Positions 1 through 11,620 of a DNA stretch of 64,000 nt are shown here, piece by piece. The notes below the pieces were generated by a model, which ran no database searches, had not been told where the DNA came from, and worked only from the letters and a program-made list of their open reading frames with translations. The position numbers and the translations under genes were made by a program. The stretch comes from Eutreptiella sp. 'Long Island Sound 2002'. Its lineage: Eukaryota > Protista > Euglenida. Positions within the stretch are counted from its first letter, which is position 1, and each line of letters begins with the position of its first letter. The stretch spans positions 170,810,001 to 170,874,000 of the forward strand of contig OZ038378.1 of the NCBI GenBank assembly GCA_964036045.1. Direction: 5' to 3'.

Positions 1-396
1 CAGCCCCCCGCCGGGGGGACCCGAAAGTGCAGACCCGTACTTAGACTTGCAGACCCCGCAAGTGCCCGCACAGACGCCTTTAAGCGAGGCCGCCCAGCCG
101 GCCGGCACCCCTTTCTGGCCAAACTCCTTCAGCGACTCAGGCTCCGATGCGTTGCAGTACCCCGCGGTGACCAAGTCCGGGCAGCGGGTGACCACCTGCC
201 ACAGGAGCGCGATGACGCTGACATGCCCACACCGGGTCCGCAGGCGTGTGAGGATGTCTTCGTGGTCCCCGCAGTACTTCAGCTTCATCGAAGGGGGCAG
301 GGCGCCCATGAAAAGGCCGGCAAACTCGGTGTACGGCCAATCCCCGTCTCGTGCCCCGACGTGTTTGCGGCGCTCTGCAACCATTTCCTCATAAAC
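1..396 (-). CDS. Gene 1 exon 5 (open at window edge), ends in Cys motif LKGVCAGTCGVCK
   Basis: Acceptor CTTGTAG|GTT after a 108-nt GT-AG intron; stop-free frame VYEEMVAERRK...CAGTCGVCKSKYG to position 1. Confidence 0.8.
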
Positions 397-504
397 CTAC
401 AAGCGGCAGGAAAGCAGGTGGGGTACTGCAGAAGAGTGGAGGGGACTCCAGACACGAAGCCGTCAGGCCACAGCACAAGAGCGGTTGGGGCACACAATGC
501 ACAC

Positions 505-1089
505 CTCCCAGTAGCATTTGTAGTAGGGCTCTTGGTCTAGGTAAAGGAAGACGGGCAGGCCATGGTCGGGATGGTGTTGATGCACGAACGCCTGCTCTCC
601 GCCACACAGCCGGTCTTCGGCAGCTACAACAGAGGCATAGAAAGTCTTACTTGCAGTACTAAGGATTAACACAGCGAAGCCAAGCGCTGAAAAGAGCCGA
701 CCGAGCTCGCCTGGGGCTCTAATGCCAATGGGCCATCTGCCAGCAAAGCTGTACCGCAAGGGGGCCACGGACGCTATGAAGCTGGAGGTCTCCTCTGCCA
801 CGACGGAGCTGAACATGAGCTCATCCACATCCTTGACAAAGGCCAGCGCCATGGCATTGAGGATCAGCTCGTTGAGCTCGATGGTGTTGGCGAGGTACAA
901 CGAGCCCGCGATCAGCAGAAGGATCGCCACGCTGAGCCGGGGGAGGACGACGAGCAGAGCGATTAACACCTTCCGCTTCAGGGTAAACCCCATGACAAAG
1001 TACAGGGGGTCCTCATCGACTTCCTTCTTGAAACACAGAGTGTACTGGTCAGGGCCGAGTCTGGGACTGCTGATGACTGCCGCCATGAT
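505..1089 (-). CDS. Gene 1 exon 4, several TM helices including LILNAMALAFVKDVDELMF
   Basis: 585 nt (195 codons) within ORF 463-1233. Acceptor GCACAG|ATC and donor GAG|GTGTGC; joins FRSVFQ-IMAAVISSPR and KCYWE-VYEEMV. Confidence 0.85.
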
Positions 1090-1250
1090 CTGTGCACCAA
1101 CCGATGTCAGCAATACAGAACAGACAGCGACAGGTCTACGTACATTTATCGACAGGCGCGGCTGTCGGTTTAAAATACTCCCCACAGCCCTACGGGTGCC
1201 CCTACCCCCAGCCCCTCCCTGCCCCTTGCACATTCAGGCATTCACATACA

Positions 1251-2066
1251 GGGGGCGTTGTCGCACGGTGCGCGCACGGTGCGCGCACGGTGCGTGCACG
1301 GTGCGCGCACGGTTCAATGTTTTTGGGATGGTTGCCCAACTTGGACCCCGTTGAATGGCCCCCATAGAAACACACCCAGAGTCCTGATTTCTGCACCTTG
1401 CAGTCCATACTGGCATACCAGGATTCTTCAATTTTTAGTCTGATGCTTGTCACAGGTTCCAGGGTCCTATTTTCTGCACCCTGCAGCCCCTATTGGCGTA
1501 CCGGGAATTTTTTTTTTTAATCTGATGCTTGTCACACGTTCCAGGCTCCCAATTTCTGCACCTTGCACGCACCTCCGTAACAAACCATGCACAGGCGACA
1601 ACACAAGCGACAACACTGGTTGGGTTACGGGAATTTCAATTTCATCCGCCACAGCATTCTGGCTCATGATCATCAATTCTAGGGGGTTCAGCTTCCACTT
1701 CAGGTAATTGGGGCTCCAGCAAAGCGTCCATCGGCACCCCATGGTGCACAGGTTGGGGGAATCGGGGCTCTCAGCAGTCACAATTGCAAACTCCAACCGC
1801 TCCTCGGGTGCATGCTCGTACAAGACCTCTTCACCACCCAATGCGTACCGAATAGAGACGCGACGCCCACCTCTTGGAGAAGGGTCAACGACAGTGGCCG
1901 ACACCCTATCCCCGTTGGAGCGGTGGTAGCACACAGGCAGTCCGGCGACAAGCCAGGGCAGCTCAGATTCAGGCATTGTGGATCTGGTGGACACAGAATA
2001 CGCAAAAGGACGCACGGTGCGCGCACGGTGCGCGCACGGTGCGCGCACGGTTCAGGCAACACCCCC
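1251..2066. mobile_element. Non-autonomous TIR element (GGGGGCGTTGTC...GGCAACACCCCC) with ACA target-site duplication, in intron 3 of gene 1
   Basis: 12-bp TIR with 2 mismatches, ACA on both flanks, and same-orientation (GCACGGTGCGC)n arrays at 1263-1316 and 2011-2054. An internal ORF fragment starts at ATG 1976 on the minus strand. Confidence 0.7.
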
Positions 2067-3387
2067 ACAGAGCACAACATACAACAGAATACTGCACACC
2101 ACAACGTCTGTTGCGGGCCCCACCCGGGAAAAAAAATTCACTTGTCCCACCCCTTCAACCCCCTGATTAAGGCAACAGCTCATCCCGGGGAAGGGCTGGC
2201 CTATCCCTGTCCCACACCACCCCACGCAAGTGCGCAGTCCCACCATCATACACTTGCTCCCTGGCCAATGCCTCCAGCTGCGTGCCTAACAGAGCGGCCG
2301 TCCCATACCCGTCAGACCGCGTCGGCAGGATTGACCCACCCAGGAACGAAGCGCATTGTGACTGTGGCCCCAATCCACCACAACTTGTGGCCCAGCCTCC
2401 TGAGAATGTGCTGCTGGCTGCCCAGCTTCGTACCAGCATGGCCCCAAAGCACTTGTGCCATAGTATAAATGTGATGTTTCGGCCATTTTGGCCATTTGTA
2501 GGGGTAGATGCGAGAACAGGGCATGGTGCACCAACAAATTCGTTACCCCATCCAACCCAATGGAACATTATGAGCGCACTGGGGTTATGAGTCGGGGAAA
2601 TGGGACCATAGAAAGGTTTTGCCAGTAGTTTAGCAGGTGAATCTTGGGAGCTGTCACTGTCCATAAATAGCATAGCATGCCTAGCCCCTGCCCGGGTTGT
2701 CCAGTCACCCGCAGGGCCATTAGGGAGTCCCAGAGGTCTGCACATTGCTGAGTCCATACCAATACTGGGCAGGTCTCCAATCTTGTTCCCAGGCGGGACT
2801 AGGCTGGGATGGTTGACACAAAGTGGTCGCATTAACTTTCCCATTGTGGGCTCACAATCAATTCGTCGCAACAATGTGCACCAAACAGGTCCTCACCTGC
2901 CCCTGGAGGGGATCCTTTCAAAGACAGTCGCCACAATATTTCACCCACCGTGACCAAGTGTGAGTGTTCAGACTGGTCCTTCACTGATTGCACATGGTCT
3001 GGAACCCACGTTGACCGACGGTGGGTGTGCCAGCATTTAATTTCATCCCGTGCAACACGCCGTGCCCGCACGTTGTTTTTCACGGTGCTTGCGCCATAAT
3101 CGCTGTTGAGTGTGAGGCACACCCCGGAACAGCGTACAAAATGAGGAGGAAGGTACAGTGCACCCCCCAAAAAGGAATTCAGCCATCGAAGGCCCAGTGC
3201 TACTGAGATGAGCCACAGGCTTACTGGCGACTACGGGCCTGCACCAAGAGTCAGTTAACACTGGTCACAGAGTTTCGCCACACTTGGGCAGCAGAGCAAT
3301 GCACCACGGTCACACTGCATATCTCTGGTGCAGCTGCCCCGCCCCCCTAATGGTCCCCATTTTCAAAAGAGACTCTTCTGCGCATAC

Positions 3388-3607
3388 CTGGAACACGGAC
3401 CGGAACTCCCTCAGCATGGAGAAGGTCCACAGCAGAATGGCAATGCTGCTCACCACTTCCCCAACACTCAGCATGTACTGGTCACGATTGTAGGCCGTTT
3501 CGAGCCCCGGGACGAGCTGGTAAGGGCTCAAGTAGGAGCGCAGCCGCGAGTACTGGGACTCGTCAAAGCTCCAATCAGAGGAATTGCACACCCCGGTGAT
3601 GAACGAC
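3388..3607 (-). CDS. Gene 1 exon 3 (SFITGVCNSSDWSF...IAILLWTFSMLREFRSVFQ)
   Basis: Polypyrimidine-CAG acceptor and CAG|GTATGC donor; 220 nt, phase-consistent with both neighbours; hydrophobic helix. Confidence 0.85.
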
Positions 3608-4531
3608 CTGGGAAGGTGGGCCACGACCTGGTGCAGCCTTGAAGCAGAACCACAACACAGAGCGCTGGGGGAGGCGAGAACTGTGCACTCAAATGCGAAT
3701 TATCCATTGATTCTATTTAAGGCATGGCGGTTTCCCGCCCAAGAGCACGACAAAAGCGGCCTAACCAAGGGCATAGCGCGCTTGGCGAGCCGAAGTTCAA
3801 CCGAAGGACAGCCGCACTGAATAAGAAAGAAAAGAGGGTGCAAAGCACTTCCCCACGGAACCATAGGCCTGACCTGCAGTAAGTGAAAAAAGAAAACAGA
3901 CAAGTTTGCTGAGCACAACCCTGAGGACTGGCCACAAGGGGGATAATCATTTTTGCTTGGCCCGCCCTGTCCCTGTCCCTGACACTGCCCCTGTCCCCGG
4001 ATCAATTCAAACAGACACACGTTCAGCACTAGAGTTTTGTGTTCGGGTTTTGCGACGCGTACTCGGCCAAGGCCACCTGGTTATTTGCGAACGATCGCCA
4101 CTCCTCCAAAGCCACCGGGGGATTCCTCCGCGTCACTGGTACTCCTCGAGATATATCCCACTAAAACTCACCTTGGGGTGTGTTACCCACAAAGGACATC
4201 AAACTGAATACAAGCAGCAGGGTCCTGTCTCTGTTTCTGCCACTGACTCTGTCTCTGTCTCTGCCCCCCACCTCCCCCCGGCAAAACTGTAGTTGCGCAT
4301 CTACAGCCTTCGATGCCATGGGAGGAGGGGGGGACAGACGCGTGTCTCGCATGTTTTGCCCATGGAGTCTGAACCCGGCCACCACAGCAGTCACGAGGTC
4401 TGTTTTGTTTCATGCATGGGACGTCAATGGCAGGCACCCCCACCCTTTGGGTGGGCAACACACGAAATGTGAGTGCTGCTGGAAGGGCGAGAGGCGATGG
4501 TTGCAGGCGAGCACCCAGGCACATGCAGCAC

Positions 4532-4990
4532 CTGCCCTGGCCACTGGTCGTCTCGGACGCCGCATGCCCTTGGAGGTCCCGGCGGACGGAAAGGGCCGCC
4601 AACACCGGGGGATCGTAGGGGTTGCTGGTTATGGAGTTGAGGATGGCCATGCTCATGAGGATCTGAATGATGGCGTTGAGGCTGACCAGAATCACAATCA
4701 CAAGTTGACCCGCGGTGGAGGTCACAGGCATTGGGTCCCCTGGCCCGGCCTGTTCCAGCGTTTCGGGGTCCACCTTGCACCCCACCAGCAGGGCGATGTC
4801 CCATAGCGACTGGCACAAGGTGGTGTACTCGTGTGCGGTGCTCTGCGCCTGATCCGGGACACGGCCACGCCCGGCGGAGGGCGCCCATTTGTGGTCGGCG
4901 ACCTGGCCATGCCCGAAGGCAGCTGAGTCTGGGTCCGCATCCCCTGTTGCCACAACGATCGGGGCAGGCTCCGGGGATTTGCTCTCGGAG
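4532..4990 (-). CDS. Gene 1 exon 2, membrane protein of unknown function (first TM segment QLVIVILVSLNAIIQILMSMAIL)
   Basis: Part of ORF 4183-5052. The donor CAG|GTGCTG at 4532/4531 (phase 2) joins the acceptor at 3608/3607 to give TTSGQG-R-SFITGVCN. Confidence 0.8.
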
Positions 4991-5052
4991 CTGCCCTGGG
5001 ATGGCATTGGGAAAGGCGCTACCGAGATAATGCTGCCCGGATGGCCACTCAC

Positions 5053-5102
5053 CCCTCAGAACCCACACATGCTGCCCGTGCAGCCGGAACGGGTTGCGGC
5101 AT
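5053..5102 (-). CDS. Gene 1, putative first coding exon (MPQPVPAARAACVGSE-G)
   Basis: ATG at 5102 lies 16 nt after a CAG acceptor. A GTGAGT donor at 5052 (phase 2) joins in frame to the acceptor at 4991/4990 via a 62-nt intron. Tentative because the exon is short. Confidence 0.5.
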
Positions 5103-5106
5103 AAGT

Positions 5107-5117
5107 ACACTCAGAAA
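5107..5117 (-). other. Spliced-leader-like motif TTTCTGAGTGT in the 5'UTR of gene 1
   Basis: The minus strand reads CAG|GTTTCTGAGTGTACTT-ATG. The 11-mer matches the euglenid SL core as I recall it (..CTTTCTGAGTGTCTATTT..). Confidence 0.45.
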
Positions 5118-6259
5118 CCTGGTATTGTGTGGGTGCAGCGTGCAGTGTTGCGGAATGCTGAAATAGGCAGTGCATGCGCCCTGGAAGGAGGTTATGGGGC
5201 TCGGGGCAAACGGCTGCACTGGGCACTCATGGTGGGCAGACTGCCCAAAGCGCCCTCCAAGAACATTCCCAAACCCCAGGCCACCATCACTTGTTTCTGC
5301 ACAACAGCCAAGCAAGGCAAAGGGAACCACAAAATACCACAGAATGTGGTACGGTTGAAAAGTTTGGAGCTGCACAAAAAACATCCTTTGCAAGTGGCCT
5401 CATGCGTTCTGTTATGCTGGTTTTTTTGGCAAATTTGGGGCCATGTGACCCTGACCGGCAGTTTCTTTTCCTCAACGGTTCAAGTAGCCCTTCAATGCAT
5501 GGGCCCAGCCATTTTTGAAGATATACAGGAGACAGGACCCTGAAATTTTTCTTTGGGATCAGCCAACGCCACCACCACCATGGGAGGGTATTTCTGAAGT
5601 AGCAAATGGCTAAAAGATAAAATTCTTGCCGCGTTTGAGGTGATGAGTGCTGAACCATTTTTGGGCAGTGTGCGTGCATATCGCGGAGTCAGAAGGTGAA
5701 ACAATGTTCCTTGACACGAGGAAGGCAGGCCAGTGAAGTAGAGTCCCACATGTAACAAATATGCTTCCCATAAAATGTCTTTTTGGTCAGGCTGCATCTC
5801 TTCTCTGGTATTCACAACCAATTTTGTTACTTGGCCCATGGAGACAACACAACAATCGCTTCCACGTGATGGTGTGCCGTGGTATTGCTGGAACTACTTT
5901 TCCCAGGCGCTTCTTGGTAGGAACGCCCCGAACACATGTTCCATGCATTGACTCTGGGCAATTTCCAAGCACCAATCCCAGCCCAGCCCACGCGGCAACC
6001 TCGCATGCAACCTCGTAAGCACTTTGCCCAAGCACCCCCGCCCATCACATTTCCAAGCACTTTTTCCAAGCGGCGGACGCCTCCAGTTTTCCAAATGGTG
6101 CGCCGATCCAAATGTCTGAGAATTTTTTTCTTTGGCCCATGCGACTTTCTGGCCCTCGCTTAGAATTGCATGTTGCAATTTACAACCAACACTCAAGAAA
6201 GTTCTCATGTATTGTCAAGGTACAAAAATATTTCATGCCGAGGGGATTTGCGACATGTG

Positions 6260-7660
6260 TCAGCTTGGCGATGGGCCCAAAACCGGGGCCAAAGGTTCCC
6301 ACATATGGAAAAGGTCCCGGAAGCTTTGGGCTTCATCCTCAGCGGTGAATCGGTTGCAAGTCAATTTGAAACTGAGCGGAATCATTGCGTACATTTCACG
6401 GCTGTGGTGCGCGACACCATAAATGGAGACATGCCAAGCTAAATGCCGGTCCCTGTTTGACAAATGCTGCATCACGTTGATGACGCTCGGAATGCCGGTG
6501 TATAGGATGCGCTCCTTGACAAAATCACACAGCTCGACAAAGAAGAGTCCGTTCTCCACCGGGTTCCGGGCCACAGACAACCGGGGGAGAAAAGAGGCTT
6601 CATCCTTCAAAGCACGTATGGGGCATGGCTCCAACCCTGACCAACGGCTCCCCAACAAGGTGCGGACCTTGTCACGGTGCAGTTGGCCATGCAGATTGAA
6701 TGGAGCCTGAGCCCTTTGGAATTGTTTCAAAAATGGAGACAATGGCAAAATTCTGGCCTTGTAGAAAATATGCAAAAGCCTGGGTCCACACAAGCGTAAT
6801 GTGAGCAACGGTAGGTCCCGTTCTTTTGCTCAATATACTTGTGTGTCACCTGTGGAGTAAGGACTTGCTCCAAAAATGCAATGTAGTATGCAGACCATGA
6901 CCTTGAGACATGTGGTGCTCCAAGAAAGGGGCCACGCGGTGAAAAATTTCGTGTGCGCAATGCGACCACCAATTTCGAGGCCGTATCGGTGACACCACGC
7001 AATGACACAATCTTGCTGTGTGTATTGAGCACAACAAGGCGAGTCTCGTCACACTAATCATGTGTCTTGTACAAGATTTTGCTCAGTTGCTGCACACCCA
7101 ACCGCAAATATTCTCTCCTAGGCGTGGCACCAAGGCATAGTCAATGACCTTCTCAACGCTTCTGAGTCCTTTAACTTCGCACATTGCTCGCAATTTCTTT
7201 GCACCCTCGCGCATCGTGCCATCATTGACAACACTAAGTACGACAGTATGACCTAGCAGCCAACTAATCGGCGGGCAGTTGGGGATGCCCCTAGCAGTGT
7301 GTATCGCAAATGGATACACCTTGTAAAGTGTGCCTTGACTGAGTTGCTCCAGGCAAAAACCCAGGCATGTAGCACACCCGGCAGCATCATCTCTGCTATG
7401 CCCTCATCCGTTCACCCAACGGATGGACCCGGTTCCGCAATCTGGGGTGGATTATTCTCCTGCTCAAAAGCAAAATCGCTTGGGATGGCTTGCATTTTCG
7501 TAGCCATGATTTTTTTGCTTTTTCAAGCGGTTCCCTATAGGCAAGAGAGTCATGGTGTTGCTTATTTTGGTGTGTTTTCACACCAACTAATTTTCGCCTG
7601 CAATCCCATTCGCAATCCTACCACGGTTCACTGTCTTGCAATTGTTTTTTGTAGGTTTTG
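6260..7660 (-). pseudogene. Decayed ORF fragments, possibly a transposon protein (C2H2-like, SWIM-like and MULE-like patches)
   Basis: Fragmented frames: DCEWDCRRKLVGVKTHQNKQH; YRCSHYACVDPGFCIFSTRPEFCHCLHF; VSIYGVAHH...MIPLSFKL...SFRDLF. Many stops and frameshifts; family assignment is weak. Confidence 0.25.
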
Positions 7661-8939
7661 CCTGAAAGTTGCGCTTGAATGGCCTCATCTATGATGGATT
7701 GTAACACCATTCTACACTCACAATTGTATTGTGTGTGCTAAGGCATTCTAATGGCTGAGACACAATGAAGGAAGAATGGATGCAAAGGACGCCACCGACG
7801 GGTAGAGACATAGGTGGCAGCGCTGCATGTGACACACAACATATGGAGTACCAGTTTTCAGAAGTGGGGAACGGCCCCATGCGCAACTTACACAACTCTA
7901 CAGCATTAGTGCGCAGAAAAACCACGAGGCTTAAGCCAACGGCAACAACTTAGTACACAACACGCAACAAAGAGAAAAAAATTGGCAGAGACCGGCACTA
8001 GAAAAAGCCTTGATTTACTCCCAACATCTCCGCACTGCATCACTTACCAACAGAGCGCTGGGTTTATCGTTTTCACTCAGGCCCCGGGGAGATCCCGGTC
8101 TTTCCCGTAGAAGGGAGAGGCAACCGGGGAGTCCTCCCCTACATGTTCCGCGTACTTGTGTCACAAAAAAGGATGTTTGTCCTCCACGGGATCTTCGGAA
8201 AGAGCAACAAACGACATTTGTACAGCCCCTGATCTTGCATGATTCGGCGCTCAAAACATGGATGGTTTGATGGAATAGGATGTGACCACCAGCGCTCGAA
8301 GAGCCCAAGAGTGGGCGGCAGAGAAAAAAGGAACGCACTATGTAACCACCGGCGCTCGAAGGGCCCAAGAGTGGGCAACAAAGAAGAAAGAGCGCCCTAT
8401 GCAACCACCAGCACTCCATCCCCAACACTCAATGTGGGGGATGAAATCTGAAGTGGGAAGCAAATGGGCAGAAAATTGTTTAACATGTCTTTGGCATACT
8501 TGAAATCCCCTAAAAAATTTGAGCATTTTGAGTACAAACACATGTGGTGAAAACAAAATTCACCCCCTGCCGTAAGACTGATACCAAATCTCCGGTGCCC
8601 ATGGCGCCCACAAAACCCATTGTTCCGTGCAACCATTTTGGGGTCCGTGGAGCCCCCCCCCCCCCCCCCCCCCGGGTAAGCTCCTGGCTAGCAGCAACCC
8701 CGGTGCACAAATCACAATGCAATACAATATCGCAATGTGAATGTGTGCATTGTGACCCTTCTGCTCCGGTTTGTACCCCCCCCCCACCTGTCCAAGTACA
8801 TCAAAAGTCTCGAAAAAAGTTACGGTCAGACGGGCTCATGTGCTTAGACAAGCCCGTGCTTGCGCGCGACGCGCGGTACCAAAAAACGTATGTCGCCAAA
8901 AACCTGCCCATACCTCACCCTAACCACAATTGTTGCAAC

Positions 8940-9900
8940 AGGGCACTACAACACTATGTGCGGGCAAATTTCAACATGTTCTGGAGGTCCTCACTACCCA
9001 TCACGGGCACCAGGAGCTGTGGAATGGAAGCCCTTTCCAACCTTGCGCCTCATCTTGAAGAATTGCACATGCTTGCCCTTTGGGGCAGGCTTTGGAGCAA
9101 GCTTGGCTTTAGGTTTTGGAATGGGTTTAGGCTTCCTATTCCTTGGGGCAAAATTGTCATCAACAATATCTTTGGTGAAGTAAAGCTTGCCCTCAAAGAC
9201 ATGGCCAAGGTCCCAAATCCCACGGCCCGCTTTGGCCCACGCAATCTACACTTCATCATCCTCCCCAGAAACTGAGCAAGACGATGAATCATTTGACGCG
9301 AGGAGCTCACTGTCAGAATCCGTGCTATGGTTAGAATGAGAATCGGAGTCGGACTTTGCATTTGCCGTGTGTTGCTCCGGGAAATCAACATCCTCCAATT
9401 GGCTCAACCTCAATCCATTGGGAAAATTGGCTTTTTTCATGCAACTCATCATCAGAAATTGCATGCCACGCTTGTGATACCCACTTTCCAAACTGTGCAT
9501 GTGAAGGGTGAGGAATTGCCTCGGTGTCCTTCAATCTTTTGCACCTTTCAATGACCCATGGTGCAAAGAATTCTTCCACCTCAATATTCATTTTTATGTT
9601 CACCTCATGTTTGTCACATGCCTGATCCCACATTGTACTATTTGGAGGGGACATATATAGTGGCGCCCCCTCTTGCACATCAATTTACAAACGGAAGCAT
9701 GCATGTGTGATGGAGCACCGTCATTTTTTGTTTGATCAAATTGGCCAAGTTCCAGAAGTGCCGGTGCCACGAGGGCGAGTTCCAAATATGGACACAGATG
9801 TAAACAGATTTTGGCGAACGCCTGGGGCTGCATATGGGATCTAGCTCATGACCGGTCCCCCATGGTTTCCCTACGCTATGTAGCGAGCAGGTGATTGCCT
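8940..9900 (-). pseudogene. Degenerate DDE_1-family transposase, C-terminal part
   Basis: Motifs DGAPSH...V, PPNSTMWDQACD and PHPSHAQFGKWVSQAWHAIS match the pogo DDE_1 pattern (DGxxSH / PPxxTxxxQPxD / WVxxAWxxI). An acidic tail follows; there are frameshifts and stops. Confidence 0.7.
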
Positions 9901-9969
9901 GGTGCCCATCCCATGTCATCGCTCCGAAGGATCGCGCACTCGTACAGGGTCCGGGTATGGTTGTGTTTT

Positions 9970-11620
9970 GTGTGCGTGTTGTAGCACAGCACCTAGAGAG
10001 CCGTCGTGAGTCAACAGCCTGGTGTTAGCTCAAATGGATTTCCCATTCCACCGGGTCCGAGTGTATCTTTTGCCATTTTGGTAGGGGCCGGAGGGGAATC
10101 TCCCACTCTGAAAGGTCCCCCTCTGTTCTGGGTCGTGTCCGGTAAAGATACAGCTGTCGTTGGATCACGTGCGACTCGGTGCTATAGAGTGTGCGCATGG
10201 CTGTGTATGCATGCCGTTCGGGTTGCTGGCAATAAAACCACTCCGCGGCATGGTCGTACAGGAGCTATGCGTTGTGGTGATGTGTGTGTGCCATATCCTG
10301 TGACCGTCGCGCGTGTGCCTTGTGTCAATTGGTGAGTGCTACCCGGCTTGCACTGTCTGTGTACAATGAGTGTGTGCCATGTTTCGCGTGCCATGTTTCG
10401 CGGCAGTATAGGCCTCTAATGTCGCGGAAACGTGATGATGCAAATAGCACTGCAGCCGTGCGATGCATATTGCGTCCCGCAGGTGCGTGGGCAGCAGTGT
10501 ATGGTAGTCCTACTTGGCCACTAGGGCTCTGTCGTATTGTGATCTCAGATCCCTCAAGAGCTTCATCGTACGGGCGCAAAGGCATGTGTATTGGAATGTA
10601 TGTGTTACCGTGTGCAGGTGCCTGTGAGTGAGTTCCTCTGTGTACGCTCGAAGTACTGTCCACTGTGTGTGTGTGTGTGTGTGCGTGTGTGTGTGTGTGT
10701 GGAGAGCGTTGAGAATTCCGGGCCTTTTCCGTGAAGGTGCCGTGGCGCATGTTTGGTGGAGGATGGTACGTGTGAACCATTGTACGATGTCCGCGTCGTT
10801 GGGCTGCCGTGCTTCCTGCAACCATATTTCAGCATCAATGACCCGCTGGCCTCGTTCCTCTGCCCGGTGGTGTTTCCGTGTTGTTCCACCTGGGGCTCCC
10901 ACCACGCTGCGTATTTTTTGTGGTGTTTCTCGTGGCGTATAATGTTGCGCGGTGAAACGCATGATCCATAAGGGCGACGGGGGTAAGTCGCGTGCGGGCC
11001 GCCAATTTGTGTCGGATTCCCTGTACACCTTGTATTGCCTGGAATGGAAAGAGTCCCACTATGGAACGGAGTCTATGTTGGTCCTGTTGAGGGACCGGGA
11101 TAAGAAGTCACGCACATGGCCACTTTTCGTGGTCCGTCCGTTGCTGTTTGGAGCGTATTGATTGAGCGTAGGACGCCCATTTGTTCCACCAGGCCCTCCA
11201 CTCAGTCCAGAAGATGGTCCAGGTATGGCACAGGGCTGCCGCATCTGCACAGAACCCCTGTGCCGCTGGCCGCAGTGGCCGCACAAGGTTGGGATGTGCT
11301 CCCAAGGCGCTCCTTGGCCCCACCAGCATACCTATCCCCATAACGAGGGAGCCATGCGGCCCATGGGTGGTGTTTTAGCGGGATCCAGCTGACCTAGTGT
11401 ACGTCGGCTGTTTGTTTTTGTCGTCGCAGCTGCATAATCCATGATTTGGCGGGCGTAGGCATGATGTGTCAGTGGAGTACGATGTCGTAGGGTTTGGGTG
11501 GCGGCATCACCATGGGCAGGTTGTTGCACATGTTGGCCAACGTGATGATCCAGCTCCCCTTTCCCTCTGCAACGAAGCACAACCCTGTAAATCACATTTC
11601 TGACCATAAACACCGTGGTT
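9970..11620 (-). mobile_element. Decayed non-LTR-retrotransposon-like 3' fragment nested in the pogo element
   Basis: Broken ORFs (HAYARQIMDYAAATTK..., DFLSRSLNRTNIDSVP*WDSFH...YRESDTNW..., EIWLQEARQPNDADIVQWF) end in a (CA)n tract at 10664-10699. No RT core is visible. Confidence 0.3.

Noticed and set aside
10015-10060. A-box-like TAGCTCAAATGG suggesting a tRNA
   Set aside because: No B-box or cloverleaf follows.
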